From Candidatus Latescibacterota bacterium (GTDB lineage: Bacteria > Latescibacterota > UBA2968): a stretch of DNA of 64,000 nt. Numbering within the stretch: position 1 is the first letter of the stretch; each line of letters opens with the position of its first letter. A program made the translations under genes and the position numbers. The notes beneath the pieces are model-generated. The model saw nothing but the letters and a program-made list of their open reading frames with translations, had not been told where the DNA came from and made no database searches. This document shows positions 56,733 to 64,000 of this stretch, in pieces. Where the stretch lies: the NCBI GenBank assembly GCA_965204745.1, contig OZ242010.1, positions 3,232,001-3,296,000 of the forward strand. Direction: 5' to 3'.

Positions 56733-57433
56733 GGTACACCACGGTTTTTTTTGACGGCTATGGCACGTTGTTCGACAAGACATTTGACGCCCTGTACGAG
56801 ACCTGCCAGATCATCGTTGACGATCTCCAACTCCACGCGACCAAAGAGGCGTTTCTCCATCACTGGGACCGCTACTTTTTCCCCCGGTTGCACGCAGACG
56901 ATTTCGTGCCCTTTTGGGACGCGCACGTTCTCAGCCTGCAAGAGGTGTTCGCGGACCTCCGCGTTCAAGCCCGCGCTGAAAATTACGTCTCCGACCTGTT
57001 TGACGCCTTTGGGCGCGTGCCCGCATTTTGCGATGTCAACCCCACTTTGGCCGCGCTTTCCCATGTGCAAACCGGCGTTATCTCCAACGCGGATCACGGA
57101 CACCTCACAGCGGCATTGCACGCCAACAACTTGCACTTCGAGATCGTGGTGAGTTCGGAATCCGCACGCTGCTACAAACCCCATCCCGAGATTTTCGCAA
57201 CCGCACTCGCCACACGCGCCACGGACCCGGCGCAAACCCTGTACGTCGGGGATTCGCAAGACGACGACATCATCGGCGCGAAACGCGCAGGCATCCCCAT
57301 CGCCTGGCTCAACCGCACGGGCACAACCCGCAACGCCCATATTCCGGTGCCGGACTACGAGATCGACAGCCTGTCTGAATTGGTCGATATTGTGGAGGGA
57401 AAGCAACCACGGGCCTGTCCCTGCGTGATGTAA
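56729..57433 (+). CDS. HAD-family hydrolase
   Basis: FFDGYGTLFD, GVISNAD, YKPHPEIF and LYVGDSQDDDIIGAKRAG. Confidence 0.9.
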   Translation: MRYTTVFFDGYGTLFDKTFDALYETCQIIVDDLQLHATKEAFLHHWDRYFFPRLHADDFVPFWDAHVLSLQEVFADLRVQARAENYVSDLFDAFGRVPAFCDVNPTLAALSHVQTGVISNADHGHLTAALHANNLHFEIVVSSESARCYKPHPEIFATALATRATDPAQTLYVGDSQDDDIIGAKRAGIPIAWLNRTGTTRNAHIPVPDYEIDSLSELVDIVEGKQPRACPCVM

Positions 57434-57533
57434 TACCAAATTGAATTGTCCTAATGTGATGCGGTACGCGGGGCATTCTCAATTCCTAATTTCTCGATGA
57501 GAGGCAGGATACGGACAACCAAAAATCGAATTG

Positions 57534-57575
57534 AAAAAAAAGAAGCCCCAACGATACAAAATCGTCGGGGCTTCT
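57534..57575 (-). terminator. Rho-independent terminator of the PDH operon (possibly bidirectional)
   Basis: Minus strand reads gagaagccccgacgattttgtatcgttggggcttctttttttc. Confidence 0.75.
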
Positions 57576-57592
57576 CACTTGGGAATGGGCGG

Positions 57593-57700
57593 ACTGACCA
57601 CTGACTACTGACTACTTGGGCGGTGGCGGGGTTGCCTCACCTCTCCCCTCTTGCGTCTCACCGAAGGGGTTGAGCGGGGTGGAAACTGACCACTGACCAC
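57593..57700 (-). repeat. Composite heptamer-repeat element, family C (inverted)
   Basis: The reverse complement matches 46571-46790 and 63510-63632. Confidence 0.8.
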
Positions 57701-57708
57701 TTCGCTCT

Positions 57709-59121
57709 TTACTTTTTCGGCATGTACACGTCGGTCGCGGAGCCGAGGTGGATTTCAGCGGCGAGGGCGATGGATTCGGACAGCGAGGGGTGGGGGTGAA
57801 TCGCGTGGGCGATGTCTTCGGCGACAGCGGCCATTTCGATGGCGAGCACGCCTTCGGCGATGAGGTCGCCCGCGTGGGGGCCAACGATGCCCACGCCGAG
57901 CACGCGCTGGGTATAGGGATCGATGACCAACTTGGTCTGGCCTTCCACGCGCCCAATGGCATGGGCTTTGCCAGAGGCCGCCCAAGGGAAACGCGCAACA
58001 TCGACTTTGCGATTCTGAGCACGCGCCTCCATCTCGGTCAGGCCCGCCCAGGCAATTTCGGGATCCGTGTACACCACAGACGGAATAATGGCGTCAAACG
58101 CCGCGGGTTCGCCGGCCAAAACCTCGGCGGCAATTTTGCCTTCGTGCGCGGCTTTGTGGGCAAGACCGGGGCCTGGCACCGCGTCGCCAATGGCAAACAG
58201 GCGCGGGTCGCGGGTCCGCATCTGCGAATCCACCGGGATGAACCCGCGCTCATCCGGTTCGACATCCGTGGTTTCAAGGCCGATAGTGTCGGTGTTGGGC
58301 CGCCGGCCAATGCACAGGAGAACCCGGTCGTACGTTTCAGAAGCCATCGGCGCGCTGCCCTCGTAGTGGACTTCGAGGCCGGCATTGACTTCCTCGATCT
58401 GCGTCACGCGCGTTTGCGTGTAGATGCCGCGAAAGGACTGGCGCAGTCGGCTTTCCAGGGGTTTGACCAAATCCGGATCCGTGCCGGGCAAGAGCGCGTC
58501 CGTCATTTCGACCACTGTGACGTCGCTGCCCAATGCCGCATGCACACTGCCGAGTTCCAGGCCGATGATGCCGCCGCCGACGACCAGCAGGCTTTTGGGA
58601 ATGTCGGCGAGATCGAGCGCGGTTGTCGAGTCCAAAATGCGCGGCGTGTCCAGTGCAAATGTGGGCAGGACAATGGGCCGCGACCCCGTGGCGATGATGG
58701 CATGCTCAAATTCTACGCGGTCGATAGCCGCATGGCCTTCGACAGCCGCGCTTTGCGAACTCTCAAATCGCGCCCGCCCGGTGAGATGCGTGACCTCGCG
58801 TTGGCGCACCAAGCCGGACAAGCCGCCCGAGAGGCGGGTGATGATCCCGTTCTTCCAGCGGCGCAACGCCTCCAAATCGACTTTGGGATCGCCAAACGAG
58901 ACCCCATAAGTTTTGGCTTCCCGCGCCTCGGCGATGAGTTCGGCAACGTGGAGCAAGGCTTTGGACGGGATGCACCCGCGCAACAAACAGGTGCCACCTA
59001 AGTGGTCGTCAGCGTCGACCAAGGTCACGGTCAGGCCCAAGTCCGCAGCGCGAAAGGCCGCGGTGTACCCGCCGGGGCCACCGCCGATAACGAGGAGTTG
59101 GGTCGTGTGCGTTTCGGCCAT
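57709..59121 (-). CDS. lpdA: Dihydrolipoamide dehydrogenase (E3)
   Basis: GGGPGGY, redox disulfide GGTCLLRGCIPSK, GGGIIGLE and IHPHPSLSE. Confidence 0.96.
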   Translation of the reverse strand: MAETHTTQLLVIGGGPGGYTAAFRAADLGLTVTLVDADDHLGGTCLLRGCIPSKALLHVAELIAEAREAKTYGVSFGDPKVDLEALRRWKNGIITRLSGGLSGLVRQREVTHLTGRARFESSQSAAVEGHAAIDRVEFEHAIIATGSRPIVLPTFALDTPRILDSTTALDLADIPKSLLVVGGGIIGLELGSVHAALGSDVTVVEMTDALLPGTDPDLVKPLESRLRQSFRGIYTQTRVTQIEEVNAGLEVHYEGSAPMASETYDRVLLCIGRRPNTDTIGLETTDVEPDERGFIPVDSQMRTRDPRLFAIGDAVPGPGLAHKAAHEGKIAAEVLAGEPAAFDAIIPSVVYTDPEIAWAGLTEMEARAQNRKVDVARFPWAASGKAHAIGRVEGQTKLVIDPYTQRVLGVGIVGPHAGDLIAEGVLAIEMAAVAEDIAHAIHPHPSLSESIALAAEIHLGSATDVYMPKK

Positions 59122-59136
59122 CTTCTCTCCAAACCA

Positions 59137-60402
59137 TTACGATCCGCCGAGCAACATGAGTTCCGGCTTTTCGAGTGCATCGACAATTTTTCGCATAAAC
59201 CGCGCACCATCCGCGCCGTCAATCGCGCGGTGGTCATAAGACAGGGCCAAGGGCATGATCAGGCGGGGGACGACGCGCCCATTGCGTACAGCCGCTTCTT
59301 CTCTCGCGCGCCCGAATCCCAAAATCGCCACTTCGGGATGGTTGACGATGGGGGTAAATTCACCCACGCCCAAGCTGCCCAAGTTGGTCACCGTGAACGT
59401 GCCGCCGTGCAATTCGTCGAGACCGATTTTGTTGTTGCGCGCCCGCTGGCTGATGTCCCCGAGTTCGAGGGCCACTTCCAAGATGTCTTTGCGATCCACA
59501 TCCTTGATGACCGGAACGAGCAACCCGCGCTCTGTATCGACCGCGATGCCGAGGTTGTAATAGCGTTTGAGAATCAACTCATTGGCCGCAGGGTCGAGGC
59601 TGGCGTTGAATTGTGGAAAGGTCTTGAGCGCGGCGATGATGGGTTTTAAGGCGAGGACAGTCGGCGTCAGTTTGGCCCCCAGCGCTTCGGCGTCTGCTTT
59701 GTTGCGTTGCCGAAACGCCTCGAGGTCCGTGACATCGGCGCGATCAAATTGCGTGACGTGGGCCACTTCTCGCCACGCCCGGCTCATGTTCTGCGCGATG
59801 ATCTGCCGAACCTTGCTGAGGGGTTGGCGTTCAATGGCCCCCCATTTCGAGAAATCGGGCAAGGGCGCGACCGGAGCAACGCCCCCCACTTGCCGGTTGC
59901 GAACCGCGGCTTTGACGTCGTCTTGCGAGATGCGGCCCCCCGGCCCTGACCCGGCGACCTGCGCGAGGTCAACCCCGAGTTCTCGCGCGAGCCTGCGCGT
60001 GATCGGCGCCGCGGGAACGGGGTCGCCATTGGATGGGGCGACAGTGGGCGCGGGGCTGACCGAAGGGGAAACGGCCGCGCTACCGGCGTCTGAACGGCGG
60101 ACGGGTTCTGCCACGGGCGCGGGTTGACGATCTGCTTTCGGCGCCGGATCGCCCTCGGCTTTCTCTCCTTCTTCCACCGAGATCAAGACCTGCCCCACGG
60201 GCACGTGGTCCCCCTCGCTGACGTGTACTTCCGTCACAATGCCCGCCACGCTACAAGGCACTTCGACAAGGGCCTTGTCGGTCTCGAGTTCGACCACGCC
60301 TTGGTCGATGCCAACCGCGTCGCCCTCGGCAACGAGCACGCCGACAACATCGCCGGCCTCCACGCCTTCGCCGAGATCGGGGAGCTTAAATTCAGTTGCC
60401 AC
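59137..60402 (-). CDS. aceF: Dihydrolipoamide acetyltransferase (PDH E2, single lipoyl domain)
   Basis: Lipoyl motif ELETDKA, E3-binding RRLARELGVDL..GSGPGGRI and catalytic LSYDHRAIDGADG. Confidence 0.93.
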   Translation of the reverse strand: MATEFKLPDLGEGVEAGDVVGVLVAEGDAVGIDQGVVELETDKALVEVPCSVAGIVTEVHVSEGDHVPVGQVLISVEEGEKAEGDPAPKADRQPAPVAEPVRRSDAGSAAVSPSVSPAPTVAPSNGDPVPAAPITRRLARELGVDLAQVAGSGPGGRISQDDVKAAVRNRQVGGVAPVAPLPDFSKWGAIERQPLSKVRQIIAQNMSRAWREVAHVTQFDRADVTDLEAFRQRNKADAEALGAKLTPTVLALKPIIAALKTFPQFNASLDPAANELILKRYYNLGIAVDTERGLLVPVIKDVDRKDILEVALELGDISQRARNNKIGLDELHGGTFTVTNLGSLGVGEFTPIVNHPEVAILGFGRAREEAAVRNGRVVPRLIMPLALSYDHRAIDGADGARFMRKIVDALEKPELMLLGGS

Positions 60403-60474
60403 AACACGTCCTTTCTGTGAATTTCAGTTGATGAAATGATACATTTATTACGCAGTCTTCAAAGTCTATAACAC

Positions 60475-60705
60475 TCAGGCAGGCACCATCCTTCGGGCGT
60501 GGGTGATGTCCTCATCGGGTACGGGCCGGGCTTGCGATGGCAAGACGTCTGCAACGGCGGCTGTATCGCCGCCCAGGGTTAGAAATTCGACGACAAAGGC
60601 GTCGCCGCCTGGATAAACATGTACAATTGTGCCTGCGTCGCCGGCTTTCAATCCTTCCTCGGCGATATCGGTTGTGAGTACGATGCAGTCGAGTTCCACA
60701 AACAT
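60475..60705 (-). CDS. DUF4926 domain-containing protein
   Basis: MFVELDCIVLTTDIAEEGLKAGDAGTIVHVYPGGDAFVVEF. AGGAG RBS; start reassigned to ATG 60705. Confidence 0.8.
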   Translation of the reverse strand: MFVELDCIVLTTDIAEEGLKAGDAGTIVHVYPGGDAFVVEFLTLGGDTAAVADVLPSQARPVPDEDITHARRMVPA

Positions 60706-60790
60706 GTCATCTCCTGATCGGATATGCGGTAACAAATCTGGGAATGACGCTACCGATCTAATTTCTCGAATCCCATTCACGCCCCAAAAG

Positions 60791-63496
60791 CTAATAATAC
60801 GTCGTGACCGGGCCTGCGGATACGGGATCGATTTTCTCTGGATCGATGCCGAGTTCGTCGATGGCTGTGGCGACTTGTTCGCGTTTGATTTTGCCTTGTT
60901 GGGCCAAAGCGTAGAGCGCGGCGACGGCAATGCTTTCGGCATCGACTTCAAAATGCCGGCGCAGGGCTTGGCGCGTATCGCTGCGGCCAAACCCGTCTGT
61001 GCCGAGGGCGATCAGGTCTTCGGGCACCCAGGGGCGGATCATTTCCGGGAGGGACTTCATGTAATCGGACGCGGCGACAATCGGACCATCGGCCTTTTCG
61101 AGCACCTTGGCGAGGTACGGTTTTTTGCGCCGCCGGGTGGGATGGAGCATATTCCACCGCTCGGCCTCGAGGGCGTCGCGCCGCAATTCCTTGTAGGACG
61201 TCACGCTCCACACATCCGCGGAAATATTGTATTCCGCCGCGAGAATTTCCTGGGCGCGCAGGGTCTCGCGGAGGATGGACGCGCTGCCGAAGAGTTGCAC
61301 CTTGTGCTGGCCCTGTTGCATCTCGTGCGCCTCGAGCCGGTAAATGCCCTTGATAATGCCTTCCTCAACGCCTTCGGGCATGGGCGGGTGGTCGTAGTTC
61401 TCATTGCCCAGCGTCAGGTAGTAATACACGTCTTGTTGCTCGTGGTACATGCGCCGGATCCCGTCTTGGATGATGATGGCGATTTCGTACGCGTAGGCGG
61501 GATCGTACGCAATGCAGTTGGGAACGGACGACGCCAAGATGTGGCTGTGCCCGTCCTCGTGCTGCAGCCCCTCCCCGTTGAGCGTGGTGCGCCCGGCCGT
61601 GCCGCCCAAGAGAAAGCCCTTGCAGCGGATGTCGCCCGCCAACCACATGAGATCCCCTACGCGCTGGAACCCGAACATGGAATAGTAAATGTAAAACGGA
61701 ATGGTGTTCACGCCGTGCGTGGCATAAGCCGTACCCGCGCAGATGAACGAGGACATGGCGCCGGCTTCGTTGATGCCCTCTTCGATGAGTTGACCGTCTT
61801 TTGCCTCGCGGTAATAGCTGATGTTGCCCGCGTCGACCGGTTCGTAGATTTGCCCCATGTGCGAGTAGATGCCCAGTTGCCGAAACAGCGAGTCCATGCC
61901 AAACGTGCGCGCCTCGTCCGGAATAATGGGCACGAGCAACTCGCCGATGTCCTCGTCCCGTGCGAGTTTGGCAAACAGGCGCGCAAAGGCCATCGTCGTC
62001 GAAGCCTGGCGGTCGCCCGTGCCTTTGAGGGCTTCGTCAAACACGTCCGGCGAGGGCATTTGAATGGGCGTGGCCCGAACCAGGCGGTTGGGCAAGTACC
62101 CGCCGAGTTCGCGCCTGCGTTGTTGCAAATACTGCATTTCAGGGCTGTCGTCGGGCGGACGATAAAACGGTGCCTCGCCCACTTCGTTGTCCGAGATGGG
62201 AATGTCAAACCGCCGCTTAAATTCGCGCATCTCGTCTTCTTCCAGCTTTTTTTGCTGATGCGTCATGTTGCGCCCCTCGCCGGCCTCGCCCAAGCCATAG
62301 CCCTTGATGGTTTTGGCTAAAATAACCGTGGGCGCGCCCTCGTGCTCGACCGCGGCTTTGAACGCGGCGTACACCTTTTCCGGATCGTGCCCCCCGCGCC
62401 GCAGTTTTTGGAGTTGTTCATCCGAGAGGTGGTCGACCATCTCGAGCAGGTCCGGATGCGTGCCAAAAAAGTCGCGGCGGATGTACTCTCCGGATTCGAC
62501 CGTGTACTTCTGGTACTGACCATCGACCACTTCTTCCATGCGCTGCTGGAGCAGGCCCTGCGCGTCCCGTTCGAGAAGCGCGTCCCAATCGTCTCCCCAA
62601 ATCACCTTGATGACATTCCACCCGTCGCCGCGAAACACCTGCTCGAGTTCTTGGATGATCTTGCCATTGCCGCGCACCGGGCCGTCCAGGCGTTGCAAGT
62701 TGCAGTTGATCACGAAGATGAGGTTGTCGAGTTGTTCGCGGGTCGCCAAACTGATCGCGCCCAGGGTTTCGGGTTCGTCGGTTTCGCCATCGCCCACAAA
62801 AACCCAGACCTTGGAATCCCGCGTGGATTTGAGGCCGCGGTCTTCGAGGTACCGATTAAAACGCGCTTGGTAAATGCCCATCAGCGGCCCCAAGCCCATC
62901 GACACCGTGGGGAATTGCCAAAAGTCCGGCATCAGATACGGGTGTGGATAGGAAGACAAGCCCCCCGGATTGCGGAGTTCGCGCCGAAAATTTTCCAGAT
63001 GTTCCGTGGTCAACCTGCCTTCGAGAAACGCGCGCGCGTACATGCCGGGCGAGGCGTGGCCCTGAAAAAAGACCTGATCCCCCGAGCTCTCGCCATCGGG
63101 TGCTTTGAAGAAGTGGTTCTGCCCCACTTCGTACAAAGTGGCAGCCGATGCAAAGGTGGAGATGTGACCGCCAATGCCATCGGCTTCTTTGTTCGCGCGC
63201 GTCACCATGGCCATCGCGTTCCAGCGCACGAGGCTCTTGATGCGGCGTTCGATTTCCCTATCGCCCGGATAGGGCAGTTGCTTATCGCGCGAGATGGTGT
63301 TGATATAAGGCGTGTTCGCGGTAAAGGGAATGTCAATGCCCAGGCTTTCCCGCGCCTCTTTTTCCAAGCGGTCGAGCAAATACCGCACGCGCTCAGGCCC
63401 CGCGCTTTGCCGCACATAAGCCAGTGATTCGATCCATTCCTCGGTCTCAATCGGATCGATGTCGGCAGAGGCATTGCGTACAACGGAATCGGCCAT
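60791..63496 (-). CDS. aceE: Pyruvate dehydrogenase E1, homodimeric type
   Basis: DIDPIETEEW, GGHISTFAS, FQGHASPGMYARAF, TPP motif GDGETDEPE..NCNLQRLDGPV, TAGRTTLNGEGLQHEDG and LGTDGFGRSD. Confidence 0.97.
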   Translation of the reverse strand: MADSVVRNASADIDPIETEEWIESLAYVRQSAGPERVRYLLDRLEKEARESLGIDIPFTANTPYINTISRDKQLPYPGDREIERRIKSLVRWNAMAMVTRANKEADGIGGHISTFASAATLYEVGQNHFFKAPDGESSGDQVFFQGHASPGMYARAFLEGRLTTEHLENFRRELRNPGGLSSYPHPYLMPDFWQFPTVSMGLGPLMGIYQARFNRYLEDRGLKSTRDSKVWVFVGDGETDEPETLGAISLATREQLDNLIFVINCNLQRLDGPVRGNGKIIQELEQVFRGDGWNVIKVIWGDDWDALLERDAQGLLQQRMEEVVDGQYQKYTVESGEYIRRDFFGTHPDLLEMVDHLSDEQLQKLRRGGHDPEKVYAAFKAAVEHEGAPTVILAKTIKGYGLGEAGEGRNMTHQQKKLEEDEMREFKRRFDIPISDNEVGEAPFYRPPDDSPEMQYLQQRRRELGGYLPNRLVRATPIQMPSPDVFDEALKGTGDRQASTTMAFARLFAKLARDEDIGELLVPIIPDEARTFGMDSLFRQLGIYSHMGQIYEPVDAGNISYYREAKDGQLIEEGINEAGAMSSFICAGTAYATHGVNTIPFYIYYSMFGFQRVGDLMWLAGDIRCKGFLLGGTAGRTTLNGEGLQHEDGHSHILASSVPNCIAYDPAYAYEIAIIIQDGIRRMYHEQQDVYYYLTLGNENYDHPPMPEGVEEGIIKGIYRLEAHEMQQGQHKVQLFGSASILRETLRAQEILAAEYNISADVWSVTSYKELRRDALEAERWNMLHPTRRRKKPYLAKVLEKADGPIVAASDYMKSLPEMIRPWVPEDLIALGTDGFGRSDTRQALRRHFEVDAESIAVAALYALAQQGKIKREQVATAIDELGIDPEKIDPVSAGPVTTYY

Positions 63497-63509
63497 CGTA
63501 AAACCCCTT

Positions 63510-63632
63510 TGTCAGTGGTCAGTTTCCGCCCCGCTCAACCCCCTTCGGTGAGAGGTAAGAGGTAAGAGGCGAGACGGGAGAGGTAAGCGGTAAGAGGCGA
63601 GACGGGAGAAGGCCACCGCCTAAGTCGTCAGT
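63510..63632 (+). repeat. Composite heptamer-repeat element, family C, immediately upstream of aceE
   Basis: gtcagtggtcagtttccgccccgctcaacccccttcggtgagaggtaaga..gagacgggaga..ccaccgcctaagtcgtcagtt. Confidence 0.8.
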
Positions 63633-63661
63633 TCCTACACTGCCCCAACCGCTGTTGCGAT

Positions 63662-63902
63662 TTAGAATTTACGGGGGATATTGATTTTTGTCAAATGTAC
63701 GGGGCAACCTGGGGCAGGTTTTGCTCTCTCGCACATCACCAACTTCCTCGGGCGTTTGGGTGGCAAAGAAATCACCTTTTTGTCGCTCAATCTCTGTTTT
63801 GCCTGCAAATCTCGGCAAATCGCATCGAGATCGTAATCAAACCTTTTGGCATACGCATCACGCGCCTTGCGAACTTCCTCAACGATTTGGGTCCCGTTTC
63901 AT
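63662..63902 (-). pseudogene. Frameshifted small antitoxin-like gene (MKRDP/IVEEVRKARDAYAKRFDYDLDAICRDLQ...)
   Basis: GGAGGAAG RBS, then ATG AAA CGG GAC CCA followed by one extra A (ttt at 63886-63888) before ATC GTT GAG GAA. Resembles, from recall, the 'DPIVEEVR' small proteins encoded after PIN-domain genes. Confidence 0.65.
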
Positions 63903-64000
63903 AAGTTTCTTCCTCCATGAGTTCAAGAGGTGTGCAAAGAATGGGAGTTTGGTAACCGGCAGATTCGCAAAACTTTGCCTTCTCATACAACGTCTTTCCC
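63903..64000 (-). other. C-terminal fragment of a PIN-domain-like toxin gene at the window edge
   Basis: ..FCESAGYQTPILCTPLELMEE matches the typical 'GY.PP.ICTP.EL' C-terminus of a PIN family. Confidence 0.55.

Noticed and set aside
60629-63427. Long plus-strand ORFs (563 aa and 361 aa), and similar ones at 25997-27571 and 57748-59001
   Set aside because: Antisense to well-supported genes (aceE, PEGA gene, lpdA); typical high-GC shadow frames.

Overview
A GC-rich bacterial window with no rRNA, tRNA or CRISPR array that I can support. The gene content is consistent with a marine sponge-associated or Latescibacterota/Poribacteria-like genome (inference only). About half of it encodes five giant secreted modular proteins. 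Four are tandem minus-strand paralogues (1188-22274) with a shared N-terminus (signal peptide, cohesin-like domain, paired EF-hand/dockerin-like motif) followed by shuffled CARDB, YWTD beta-propeller and PPC modules. The fifth (47522-54476, plus strand) carries YWTD and Calx-beta modules and is frameshifted by a 97-bp tandem duplication. The most striking signal is in the 36 YWTD repeats (6 propellers of exactly 6 blades): the DNA scaffold is near-invariant, and variation is concentrated in two short segments per repeat that should both lie on the propeller's top, ligand-binding face. There are also traces of module exchange between paralogues and orphan module remnants downstream of the genes. 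Other candidate systems are an Rpn-family gene with an internal RBS and ATG (possible intragenic antitoxin), an ExbB/ExbD/TonB-like/TPR/PEGA operon, and a stand-alone Cas2/VapD-like plus 2TM gene pair. The rest is housekeeping or metabolic (thrS, aceE-aceF-lpdA, sulfatase, PhyH dioxygenases, MFS, oxidoreductases), interspersed with decayed toxin-antitoxin remnants and at least three families of intergenic repeats.
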